Origin: a virus
Taxonomy: Duplodnaviria; Caudoviricetes
Strand: one strand, 5' to 3'
DNA length: 60,465 bases
Virus record (IMG/VR): IMGVR_UViG_3300021964_009736
Span: 1 to 60,465 of that record
Below the pieces are notes generated by a model. That model searched no databases and was not told where the DNA came from. It saw only the letters and a list, made by a program, of their open reading frames with translations. The position numbers and the translations under genes are program-made. Below, in pieces: positions 39,972-49,140 of this stretch (positions within the stretch are counted from its first letter, which is position 1; every line of letters begins with the position of its first letter).

Positions 39972-40410
39972 TAATTTTTTCTCCGAATGCACTTAACAAA
40001 TCGTGCCTTAACTTTTTCCTAGCTTCTACTAAAGAAACCATTTGTAAATTGTCCCAATCTACTAATTCGTAGCCTTCGCCTGTATCTATTATGTTACTTA
40101 GCACCCAATCCATATGTGCATATGGTTGTGTTTTTTCTATATTATCTTTGCAGAAATTTACAATTTCTTTAATAAATTTATCAGTATGCTCATAAGTGTT
40201 AACAGGATTTCCACTTATTTCATTGACTGTCATATACATTCTATTTGCAGTAAATCCATAGTCTACAACATAACCGGGTATAAGTCTATCTAGTAGTGCA
40301 ACTAAATTTTGTATCCATTCGCTATCACAAAAAAGCCAGACTTTCTTGTATGTGCCGTTGCCCTTATACACTTTCCTTTTTTTCCTATTATTTTCCTTAA
40401 CTAATTCCAT
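39958..40410 (-). CDS. Small protein-kinase-fold phosphotransferase (APH/RIO-like)
   Basis: Likely ATG at 40410; YKKVW (candidate Lys), HMDWVLSNII (HxDxxxxN catalytic loop), LVDWD (DFG equivalent). Confidence 0.6.
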   Translation of the reverse strand: MELVKENNRKKRKVYKGNGTYKKVWLFCDSEWIQNLVALLDRLIPGYVVDYGFTANRMYMTVNEISGNPVNTYEHTDKFIKEIVNFCKDNIEKTQPYAHMDWVLSNIIDTGEGYELVDWDNLQMVSLVEARKKLRHDLLSAFGEKINDYM

Positions 40411-41428
40411 AATATTTTGCAACCTCTGGCAAGAAAAATTTAATATGTGTTGACCTGTTTTTGTCTAAGACAGTTATATGTTCAATAAACTGTCGTAAAT
40501 GATTTTCGTCGCTTTTAAATGTTAAGAAATTTCTGAAATGATTTATCTTTCCCTTCATAGAATACGGAGCACTATTAATATTCATATACTTAGGATTTAC
40601 AAGTATGTTTTCATAAACTTCAAAATTATTCTTATCAGCATATTCTAGTAAATCATCATAATATAATATATTCTGTATTTGTATTGTTGGTCCTAAACTA
40701 GTATAACCTAAATCCTTAAACTTAGGTATATTATCAATAATATCTTCCCAACGACTACCCCATCTGATATAATCGTTTACTTTTCCTATACCGTCAATAC
40801 TTAAACAAAATGAAACATTGTCAAATCTTTCTAATGCTTGCATGGCCTTAGGATTTGCAACTGTACCGTTAGTAGAAAATCTTATGGCTACTTTTCTATC
40901 TAGCCTTTCAAGAAATTTTACAAGATTCTTTTCCAGCATCGGTTCACCGCCTGTAATATAAACCTCTTGTAATTCTTCTAAGTCGTCAACAAAGTCTAAC
41001 ACATTGTCGTCATACCAATTTGAAATTTTAGAACCACATGTAAATGGACTTTGCATTTGCTTACTAATAATTTCCTGATGTTCATAATATAAGGAACTAC
41101 TGCTATGCGGTCCGCACATATTACATTTTAGATTACAACTGTTGCCGAATCTTAAATCTAAATGGGTAATACCAGGACCTATTTTTGCTTTTGTGCGTTT
41201 ACTTTCTTTTCCAGAATATTCTTCGTACATACATTTACGGCAAGCATCCGGAAAAATTCCTTTTGATAAATTTTCTTTAGCTTTTTGTACTGTAGGACTG
41301 TTTAACCAATCTTTTGGTTTAGTATTGGTAATATTTTCAGTATTACTTTCCTCGTCACTTATGCAACACAGTCTATACTCTCCTGTAGTTCGAATACAAA
41401 CATGACTTTCTAAGAAAGGACATTTCAT
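40397..41428 (-). CDS. Radical SAM enzyme with N-terminal twitch-like domain
   Basis: Likely ATG at 41428 (ATGA overlap); CPFL...GEYRLCC...CRKC; DLRFGNSCNLKCNMC; TGGEP; STNG; DKNR...LPE. Confidence 0.9.
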   Translation of the reverse strand: MKCPFLESHVCIRTTGEYRLCCISDEESNTENITNTKPKDWLNSPTVQKAKENLSKGIFPDACRKCMYEEYSGKESKRTKAKIGPGITHLDLRFGNSCNLKCNMCGPHSSSSLYYEHQEIISKQMQSPFTCGSKISNWYDDNVLDFVDDLEELQEVYITGGEPMLEKNLVKFLERLDRKVAIRFSTNGTVANPKAMQALERFDNVSFCLSIDGIGKVNDYIRWGSRWEDIIDNIPKFKDLGYTSLGPTIQIQNILYYDDLLEYADKNNFEVYENILVNPKYMNINSAPYSMKGKINHFRNFLTFKSDENHLRQFIEHITVLDKNRSTHIKFFLPEVAKYYGIS

Positions 41429-42474
41429 TGCCCACATGTCCTTTCACATATTGCATATCTATTTTTGTTTTTCCAACTATCTACTAGATAGGTAAACCAT
41501 TCGTGATTAAGTATTGTGTTTAAATCAAAATGGTTTGTGTTATTCCAATTTTCTTCGCCAAAGTTTACAATTTTTTGTACATCTTGAGCATAAACACCTT
41601 GTGGATGTCGACTATATCTATCACTTAGGAAGTAACAACAGGGAAATACTTCTCCCATATGACTTATTTGTATTTTATTTTTTGTTTTCCATTTACACAC
41701 AATTTCTGCATTTTCAAATCCAGCATCTAAACTTCCGTGTTTTTCTTGTAATTTTATAAGGCGATCTCTGTTGTCGAGAAAATCTTTTTTGTAAGCAATA
41801 GCACGAGACTCTTCTTTTTTATTTGCCTTAAACTTTTCAATTGCATCACCTACTAAACTATTAATTGCACTAAATGTATGGCCCCCATTGATATCAAATT
41901 TTTGAAAACCCATTTCCTTAGCCAAAGATTCACAGCGTTCAATTTGATGGCAATTATGGTCAAAAACTAACATCCTCCATCTAGCTCTACCACCTGCTGA
42001 AATAAAGGTTTGAGCATTTTGCATAATTTTATCCCAAATTACACCTCTCCTATACAAGTGATTGGTATCTGATAATCCGTCTATACTGAATGTAACATGA
42101 GTTGGGAAAGGAAAGTCTTTTAAAGTAAATGCTAAATTTTTCCATAACTTATTAGTTCCTAGCCCTCCGTTTGTGTGTATGCTTATAACTGGTAAATTTT
42201 TTGTAGTATCTTTAATATATTCAAGTGCAGATATAAGATTAGGATTGAAAATAGGATCGCCATAACTTCCATTAAATATAATTTCTTTAATATTTTTCAA
42301 AACATCTGCCGTGAAGATTTTTTTCCAGTTTTCTAAAGTCATATGCTCTAAAGGCATAATAGGATTTACAGAAACACCGTCTATATTTCTACTACAATTA
42401 CCGCACATACTATTACAATGGCTAGTAAAGTCTATTATAACCGTTTCTAATTCTTCGAGTGTAAGATACTGCAT
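41425..42474 (-). CDS. Radical SAM enzyme with C-terminal SPASM/twitch-like domain (GxxGDP type, paralogue of 31504)
   Basis: CNSMCGNC, NGSYGDP, HTNG, SIDG, RWRMLVFDHN; C-terminal CK...GEVFPCC...CERTC. Confidence 0.9.
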   Translation of the reverse strand: MQYLTLEELETVIIDFTSHCNSMCGNCSRNIDGVSVNPIMPLEHMTLENWKKIFTADVLKNIKEIIFNGSYGDPIFNPNLISALEYIKDTTKNLPVISIHTNGGLGTNKLWKNLAFTLKDFPFPTHVTFSIDGLSDTNHLYRRGVIWDKIMQNAQTFISAGGRARWRMLVFDHNCHQIERCESLAKEMGFQKFDINGGHTFSAINSLVGDAIEKFKANKKEESRAIAYKKDFLDNRDRLIKLQEKHGSLDAGFENAEIVCKWKTKNKIQISHMGEVFPCCYFLSDRYSRHPQGVYAQDVQKIVNFGEENWNNTNHFDLNTILNHEWFTYLVDSWKNKNRYAICERTCGQ

Positions 42475-42486
42475 AAGTATACTTAT
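42473..42486. promoter_or_regulatory. Perfect 14-bp palindrome ATAAGTATACTTAT at a divergent junction (candidate bidirectional TAAGTA promoter or operator)
   Basis: Palindrome read directly; lies in the 26-nt gap between divergent rSAM genes; gives TAAGTA, one mismatch from TAAATA, on both strands. Confidence 0.5.
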
Positions 42487-42500
42487 TACTACCTATAGCT

Positions 42501-43820
42501 ATGACACAAGAATTAGAAAAAATTAAATTACGAGATTACATCAAAACACTTAACATTGGCCCTGTTGAACTAGACGGTCAGGCAATGTGCGCGAACAAAT
42601 GGACACATACTTATGTGTATTTAGGTGCAAACATTGTAAAGAACTGTTTTAATGTTCCTAATAGGATTGTTACCGAAGAGGAAATGGAAAAGTATGGCAA
42701 GGATGTATTTTTTAATCATCCTTATGAAATTGCAAGAAGACAAGAAAAGTTAGATAACATTAAACATATAGACTGTGCTAATTGTTGGGAATGTGAGTCT
42801 AGAGGTATGATTAGTAGTAGATTACCTAATAACTTTTATGAATTTCATAGACAACGATTAGGTGTTGAAAAGGGAACAGATCCTTTACCTACAAACCTAG
42901 AAGTTTATTTTACAAATACTTGTGACTTGAAGTGTGTATACTGTAGTCCGCAATATAGTTCACAATGGGAAGCAGAGTTAACCAAATATGGTGATCCATT
43001 TGTACTACGTAAAGAGAAAAATAATCAAAAGTTTAAAGATTTATTTTACCAATGGTTAGAAGAAGATGCTGTTACAAGTATTTTGAAGTATTTTGTTTTA
43101 GGAGGTGAGCCACTTATACAAAATGAATTTTATGAATTTACTGATAGATTATATAAGTTATTAAAGGAAAACGCAACTAAACATAATATTAAACCTGTAT
43201 TAATTGTTGTTACAAACGGCAACACACCAGAAAAATATTTAAACAAATGGTTTGAACAAATTGAAAAATTACAAGACTTGATTTCAATACAACTTGATAT
43301 TAGTATGGAATCTACAGGCGATAGGGCAGAATTTATTCGTAGCAATTTAGAATGGAGTAGATTCGAATCTAATGTAAAGCGTATTTTAGAATTTAGTAAA
43401 CACAAAGATGTCCAAATAAGATTTAGTTGTACACATACTGCTTTGAATTTGCCTACATTTAACAATTTCCTTATGTGGACACAATATTTAGGAGATTACG
43501 AATTTGACTTCACACGTAGTAGTGTAGTTAATCCGCCGGAGCTGGCACCTTGGATGTTAACAGAAGAATTTTCTAAAGATATAGATATGTCTATAGAGTG
43601 GTTTAAGAAACACAGGCCAGATTTAGAAGACTACCAAAATTTCTTACACACTATTAAGAATAGTTTTGGTAAACATACAGATGAACAATTAGCTAATGTT
43701 CCAAATTTTATTGAAAAGATTGTAGAAAGAAGAGGAAAAGATTTTGTTAGTACTTTTCCTGAATTACAAACATGGTATAACAAATGTTTACAGTTGAGAG
43801 AGTTTTATGACGCCAGTTGA
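42501..43820 (+). CDS. Radical SAM enzyme with N-terminal twitch-like domain (closest to 24465)
   Basis: CANKW...NC...CANCW; LEVYFTNTCDLKCVYC; LGGEP; TNG; C-terminal ERRGKDFVSTFPE. Confidence 0.9.
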   Translation: MTQELEKIKLRDYIKTLNIGPVELDGQAMCANKWTHTYVYLGANIVKNCFNVPNRIVTEEEMEKYGKDVFFNHPYEIARRQEKLDNIKHIDCANCWECESRGMISSRLPNNFYEFHRQRLGVEKGTDPLPTNLEVYFTNTCDLKCVYCSPQYSSQWEAELTKYGDPFVLRKEKNNQKFKDLFYQWLEEDAVTSILKYFVLGGEPLIQNEFYEFTDRLYKLLKENATKHNIKPVLIVVTNGNTPEKYLNKWFEQIEKLQDLISIQLDISMESTGDRAEFIRSNLEWSRFESNVKRILEFSKHKDVQIRFSCTHTALNLPTFNNFLMWTQYLGDYEFDFTRSSVVNPPELAPWMLTEEFSKDIDMSIEWFKKHRPDLEDYQNFLHTIKNSFGKHTDEQLANVPNFIEKIVERRGKDFVSTFPELQTWYNKCLQLREFYDAS

Positions 43821-44517
43821 ATTAGAAAAGTTTTTTGAAGAGCATTCAAAAGAATATAAATTTTCTTATCCTGATATATTCGATCCTACTTGGGTTGTAA
43901 AGGAAAGCGAATGGCCTTTCTTTAGGCTTAGTGCTTTAGATAAGCAACCGTATAGCGAAATGTATAAAGAGGCATATAAGTTATATGATAGGTTTTATGA
44001 ACATAGGGAGGCATACGGAAAAGGATGGCGCAGTCTTACACTTAACGGATTAGATGAAGACACACAAACATTGGACAGTTATGGAGACAGGAAACAAACT
44101 ATAGAAAAATTAGACTGGACTTGGGTAGCAGATGCTTGCCCGATTACAAAAAAATTCTTAACAGATGTTTGGCCCTCTGAATATTTGAATAGAGTAAGAT
44201 TTATGTTGTTAGAGCCCGGAGGTTATATATTACCACACCAGGATAGACCGGACACACAAAAAAGACTTAGTGTTTGTAATATTAGTTTAAATAATCCTAT
44301 AGGATGTGAATTTGTTATGAAAGACCAAGGCACTGTGCCTTTCGATCCAAACGGAAGTGCAATGTTAATGGATATTAGTAATGTACATGCAGTGTGGAAC
44401 AGAAGTAACGAACCAAGAATACACATGATTATACATTTTGAAATAGGTAGAAGAATAAGAGATTTTTTCTATGTGTTAAGAGAAAGTTATCATTTAAATA
44501 GGAATAATAATGTCTGA
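43807..44517 (+). CDS. Fe(II)/2OG oxygenase, Asp/Asn beta-hydroxylase-like
   Basis: RVRFMLLEPGGYILPHQD (HxD)...VHAVWNRSNEPRIHMII. Confidence 0.85.
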   Translation: MTPVELEKFFEEHSKEYKFSYPDIFDPTWVVKESEWPFFRLSALDKQPYSEMYKEAYKLYDRFYEHREAYGKGWRSLTLNGLDEDTQTLDSYGDRKQTIEKLDWTWVADACPITKKFLTDVWPSEYLNRVRFMLLEPGGYILPHQDRPDTQKRLSVCNISLNNPIGCEFVMKDQGTVPFDPNGSAMLMDISNVHAVWNRSNEPRIHMIIHFEIGRRIRDFFYVLRESYHLNRNNNV

Positions 44518-45997
44518 AGATTGGAATAGTATTACAGTTGATAGATATTGGGATAGACAGGGTAACACTTCTAATGATATAGGTATAGGTATCCTAGATA
44601 TAAGTAGAGATATCTCAAGTAGCGTTATACAGAAGCGTTGTTTTGATATGACATACTTTTATATCAATAGAATGGTAAAGATGGGAATCTGTAAATACTT
44701 AGGATTTGAAAATACAGTAGAAAAAATATTAGAATCAGCAGACAACGCCGGCAAAAAATATTGTTTGATAGCATGTCAGGGAAATTTACTTTTCCGAGGA
44801 CCAACTATAATAAATCTTACTTTGAAGTATATAGAAGAAAATCCAGATTTTTTTGTTATTGGTCATATAATAGACAAACAAAAACAAAAATCAACTACAG
44901 ATATATACCCTGGGTTACATAGGCAATATCTTTTTGTAAATGTACGAAAATGGCGAGCGTTGGGTAGCCCTCAGTTTGATGAAATTGGTTACTTTAAGGA
45001 CAGGAAACCAGTGCTTGCGAATTATCAATGTAGTCAAGATACATGCTATGCTAATTATACACCTGCGTATATCAAAGGTTTACCCGGGGAGCAAGAATAC
45101 ACAGAAACAAGTGATGGAAGTAATTGGATAGATATCGCATGTAGAAATGATATACGCATAGATAATTTAACAGACAAAATGCGAGATTGTAAAGTTTTTC
45201 TTTATCCTTATAGTGATACTGAAATTTTAGAAAAGGTTTGGTACAATAAACAATCTCCTTTAGTTGACAAAATTACCAATCAAAGTCAAAAAGCATGGAT
45301 TAGAAAATTAGGTTATCAAGAAGAAATAGAAAAAGATAGGGTATATGCATTTAACACAGAGATATTAAGTGGAGAAGGAATACGTTCTCAAACTATAGAT
45401 CATTTTTTCTCTGTAGCGGCAGGATTTAAGCCTTTGGCTATCTTAAATGCAAACGGATTCCACGAAAAAACAACAGTGACTTATTTTGATTGGTGCGAAG
45501 CAAGTTTAAATTACAAAAAACATTTATTAGAAACTTGGGACGGTGTAGACTTACACAAATGGCTTCTGGAGCATGATTTACTTTATAACTTTTCTAGCAC
45601 TTATAGAGGCACATACGAAGAATTTTGGATACAAGAAGCAAATGAACATGGCGGTCCTGAATCATTTAAGAATTTATGGGATAGGTATAGAAAATTAGAA
45701 CATAACTTTTGTGTAATTGATATTGTTAATAATCCAGAACTATTATTTGATAAAGTAAATAAGTGTATAGGAAATAAAGTTATGTGGACAACTAATATTT
45801 GGTCAAGCGAAATGTTGCACTGGAATGTTGAACCAGAGGTACTAGAACAGAAATGGATTAATTTTGAAAAACTTGTACCAAATGATCTAGTTCTTTACGG
45901 ACATGACTACATGGGTGTAGATATAAATCAGAGAGTGAGGAATAATGCAAGGACAACACATCCCCGGTTTCAAACCGTATATTCAAGTTTATCCTAG
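44510..45997 (+). CDS. Hypothetical two-domain enzyme (possible GT-A-like N-terminus and Rossmann/methyltransferase-like C-terminus), 495 aa
   Basis: Long ORF in operon; FFSVAAGFK...VTYFDW resembles a nucleotide-binding beta1-Gly/beta2-Asp unit; the function is a weak inference. Confidence 0.45.
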   Translation: MSEDWNSITVDRYWDRQGNTSNDIGIGILDISRDISSSVIQKRCFDMTYFYINRMVKMGICKYLGFENTVEKILESADNAGKKYCLIACQGNLLFRGPTIINLTLKYIEENPDFFVIGHIIDKQKQKSTTDIYPGLHRQYLFVNVRKWRALGSPQFDEIGYFKDRKPVLANYQCSQDTCYANYTPAYIKGLPGEQEYTETSDGSNWIDIACRNDIRIDNLTDKMRDCKVFLYPYSDTEILEKVWYNKQSPLVDKITNQSQKAWIRKLGYQEEIEKDRVYAFNTEILSGEGIRSQTIDHFFSVAAGFKPLAILNANGFHEKTTVTYFDWCEASLNYKKHLLETWDGVDLHKWLLEHDLLYNFSSTYRGTYEEFWIQEANEHGGPESFKNLWDRYRKLEHNFCVIDIVNNPELLFDKVNKCIGNKVMWTTNIWSSEMLHWNVEPEVLEQKWINFEKLVPNDLVLYGHDYMGVDINQRVRNNARTTHPRFQTVYSSLS

Positions 45998-46649
45998 AAT
46001 TGATACAGATTGGAAAGTTAAAGAACTTTTTGATGTAGATGTAGAAAAAATTTTAGACTGGTATGAGGATTTAGAAACTAATTGGCGAGATTGGAAATTT
46101 ATCCACGGACAGCATGCCGAGAAAATGTGGAAAATGGAAATATGCGATCCAACGGGAAAAACAGGACACATTCTGCCTGACGATAGTGCTTGGTATATTC
46201 TTTGCCAGAATAGCGATAAACCAGGACCGTTCCCACCAGAACAAAGTGTTGCAAGACAAGAATATACAGATGACGACAATGATGAACTTAATCCTCGGAA
46301 AAATTTTTACGGTTATGGACTTGATATAGTAGAAAGTTTACCATTTAAGAGTAAGAAATGGATGGTAACAATTCATACCCCAGGAACCAAATTAATTACA
46401 CATCAGGATTGTCCTGATAAATTTCGTGTTCATATTCCAATTGAAACTAATGACGATAGTTTTTGGATAATAGACGGCGAAGAGTTTCATATGAAACCAG
46501 GTAAGGTATATCTTGTGAACACATCACTTCCTCATAGTGTAGAGAATAAAGGTGATACAAACAGAATACATCTTTATGGAAAAGTATGGGCAAGAGACAT
46601 ATGTGAAAGTTACAACATAGATATTCCTGAGGAATTAGAATGGATTTAG
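45945..46649 (+). CDS. Fe(II)/2OG oxygenase, Asp/Asn beta-hydroxylase-like
   Basis: GAGG RBS; PGTKLITHQD...RVHIPIETN...VNTSLPHSVENKGDTNRIHL. Confidence 0.85.
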   Translation: MQGQHIPGFKPYIQVYPRIDTDWKVKELFDVDVEKILDWYEDLETNWRDWKFIHGQHAEKMWKMEICDPTGKTGHILPDDSAWYILCQNSDKPGPFPPEQSVARQEYTDDDNDELNPRKNFYGYGLDIVESLPFKSKKWMVTIHTPGTKLITHQDCPDKFRVHIPIETNDDSFWIIDGEEFHMKPGKVYLVNTSLPHSVENKGDTNRIHLYGKVWARDICESYNIDIPEELEWI

Positions 46650-47347
46650 TTAAAGAGTTTGACTTTTCGTCTTTGTTACCTAAAGATAAAGCACTATCTG
46701 CATGTGCAACTATAGATGAGTGGGTTGAAAGAGGCGATTATTGGGATGAAAATATTCAATATCAGACAAAAGGAAATATATTGTTTGATCCTAATCCGGT
46801 ATTTACAGTTCTAAGATATTCATTTATAGCTGCATGTAATTTATGGTTAGAGGATGATTTTGAACTCGGATTAATTCAATCCTGGGCTGTCAAAACAAAT
46901 AAAGAAAAATACAACAACATTGATGCAGAAAAATTATGGCATCATCATAACTATCCTAATTTAGGAGCACCTAATCCCTCCATACCCAATAAACCTCAAG
47001 ATGTAAATGGTTGCAGAATAATGAGAGGAAATATAAAGTCTCACAATAATGAAATTAGAGAAATAAGCAATGAACGTCCTGTAATATTAAGTGGTTTATT
47101 TTACTTACATGTACCAGAAGATAATGATAATATTGATTTATGTGGCACTGAATTTGCACCTAATGGATTAGATAGTAAAGAAAGATTTAACATTAAGCCC
47201 GAATACGGAAAATGGTTTATATATCCAGGATATTATTGGCACAGGACAATGCCTCAACAATCTATGAACTGGAGATACGTTATTGCTGCAGATGCAGAGA
47301 TTGACCCTGAAATTAACTTGAGATTAAGAATGGAAAAAAATGATTAA
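46640..47347 (+). CDS. Putative Fe(II)/2OG oxygenase (TIGR02466-like)
   Basis: SWAV...WHHHNY...LSGLFYL...FIYPGYYWHRT...RYVIAAD pattern. Confidence 0.65.
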   Translation: MDLVKEFDFSSLLPKDKALSACATIDEWVERGDYWDENIQYQTKGNILFDPNPVFTVLRYSFIAACNLWLEDDFELGLIQSWAVKTNKEKYNNIDAEKLWHHHNYPNLGAPNPSIPNKPQDVNGCRIMRGNIKSHNNEIREISNERPVILSGLFYLHVPEDNDNIDLCGTEFAPNGLDSKERFNIKPEYGKWFIYPGYYWHRTMPQQSMNWRYVIAADAEIDPEINLRLRMEKND

Positions 47348-47936
47348 AGACATTAGATTTTTGCCTGTAAGTGTTGACATCGAAAAATTAAGAATTTGGT
47401 ATAAAGAGCTAAAGACAAACTATGATCATTTAAAGTGGTCGGCAAACGATAATATTAATGTAGATGAAGGTGTTGGCGGACATAATCTTAATGGTATGTA
47501 TGGCTGGGCACTTCAGAGTAATTTGGAAGATTTAAATAAACCATGTCCTCCTTACAATATTACTAAAGAAAACAAATTAGAATATAGAGACACAGAAGCT
47601 ATGTTTGGTTATGTAAAGAAGATTAAAGAATTTTTTCCTTACGCAAAACAGTTCAGTGTTGCTGTTCACCCGCCGGGAGTAAAGGTAAATACTCATACAG
47701 ATTCGGATGATTTGTTAAAGGTACACGTACCTATATACACAAATCAGAAAGCATATTTTTTGTTTCCTCCGACTGTAAAGTACATATTACCTGATAACGG
47801 TAGGATGACCCTAGTTAACACTACTGCTTTACATGGTACATTAAACGAAGGTGATAGTGAAAGAGTTCATTTATTTTTCAAAATTCCTGCAGAAATGGAA
47901 AAAGAAGTTATGAATTTATCAAAGGAAACAATATGA
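47340..47936 (+). CDS. Fe(II)/2OG oxygenase, Asp/Asn beta-hydroxylase-like
   Basis: HPPGVKVNTHTD...VHVPIYTN...VNTTALHGTLNEGDSERVHL. Confidence 0.85.
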   Translation: MIKDIRFLPVSVDIEKLRIWYKELKTNYDHLKWSANDNINVDEGVGGHNLNGMYGWALQSNLEDLNKPCPPYNITKENKLEYRDTEAMFGYVKKIKEFFPYAKQFSVAVHPPGVKVNTHTDSDDLLKVHVPIYTNQKAYFLFPPTVKYILPDNGRMTLVNTTALHGTLNEGDSERVHLFFKIPAEMEKEVMNLSKETI

Positions 47937-48658
47937 GATTTTATAAAGGAAAAGATTTAGAAAAATTAGACTATGATACTATCTATAATGGAGATGATTG
48001 GGATATTATAGAGTTGAATGTTTCTTGGGATCCTATTAAAGCGTCTGAATGGTACAAGCAAGTTTGGGAAAAATTTGGTCATCTAGATTTTAACTTTAAC
48101 AGAGATCAACATTTAATTGATGTACCCGATAGTCAAATGGCATACACTGAAAACTTCTGCGGTACAGGCATGCAGATTCCTATTCACGGATTTACACTAG
48201 GATGGCCTATTGACAGAGATGATTACCCGTTACCGCCTCATAATCAAGCAAACAAGGAGTTATTTCCTGAAACTTTAGCTCCTGATTTTATTGAAACATC
48301 ATTATGGCTAGACAAGTATAAATTTGGATACATGAAAGATATTACTAGTATTTTTGAAAATTACAGATTATATCTTCCTACTTTAACTATACATGAACCG
48401 GGAGGCATAATTAATCCTCACGTTGATAGTAGGGTTAAGAAAATGCATATGATAATCGAAACAAATGAAGAAAACTATTTTACATTTGGTGAAGATCATG
48501 CTAGACAATATTTAATGGAGCCTGCAAAGGCATATATTATTAACACCCATATACCTCATGGAACTATTAATAAAGGTAAGACTGCAAGAGCACACATTTT
48601 GTTAAGAATAGAAGAAGAAGAAATGATGGATCTCTTAAAGTTAGAAGCCCATATATAA
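47933..48658 (+). CDS. Fe(II)/2OG oxygenase, Asp/Asn beta-hydroxylase-like
   Basis: HEPGGIINPHVD...MHMIIETN...INTHIPHGTINKGKTARAHI. Confidence 0.85.
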   Translation: MRFYKGKDLEKLDYDTIYNGDDWDIIELNVSWDPIKASEWYKQVWEKFGHLDFNFNRDQHLIDVPDSQMAYTENFCGTGMQIPIHGFTLGWPIDRDDYPLPPHNQANKELFPETLAPDFIETSLWLDKYKFGYMKDITSIFENYRLYLPTLTIHEPGGIINPHVDSRVKKMHMIIETNEENYFTFGEDHARQYLMEPAKAYIINTHIPHGTINKGKTARAHILLRIEEEEMMDLLKLEAHI

Positions 48659-49140
48659 TGCTGTATCAGTGGATTCCTGAAAAGGATAAAGAAACTTTTT
48701 ATAATCATATGATTAGACCTGACATGCCAGGTTTCGGTCCTGTAATAGATAGATATCAGAATAATGGGTATCATGATATTACTGAATATGAGACATATAA
48801 GGACTGTAGATGCGGCTTCTATCTAGGAAATTACGACAATGATGTTGTAATTAATCGTCCTTGTATTGTTACATTAACAAGTGATTTTGATAACCATCTG
48901 TTTATCAAAGCTGAACGCACTATCATTTATGGAGCCAACTATAAAGCAAAAAATATAAGTATTTTCACAGACGATGATTCTTTTATGGAAACAGGAACTT
49001 GTGTTGGAAAAGTTATGTTTATAGATTTGGCAATAGATAATCTGGATATTAAAGATTCAATTAACATAGCTTTCATTAATACTACTGTTAAATCAAAAAA
49101 TATTGTTAACACAACTAGTATAGTAGAGGTTATAGATTGA
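48658..49140 (+). CDS. Hypothetical protein (160 aa)
   Basis: Overlaps both neighbours (TAATG and TTGA); no recognisable motif. Confidence 0.6.
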   Translation: MLYQWIPEKDKETFYNHMIRPDMPGFGPVIDRYQNNGYHDITEYETYKDCRCGFYLGNYDNDVVINRPCIVTLTSDFDNHLFIKAERTIIYGANYKAKNISIFTDDDSFMETGTCVGKVMFIDLAIDNLDIKDSINIAFINTTVKSKNIVNTTSIVEVID

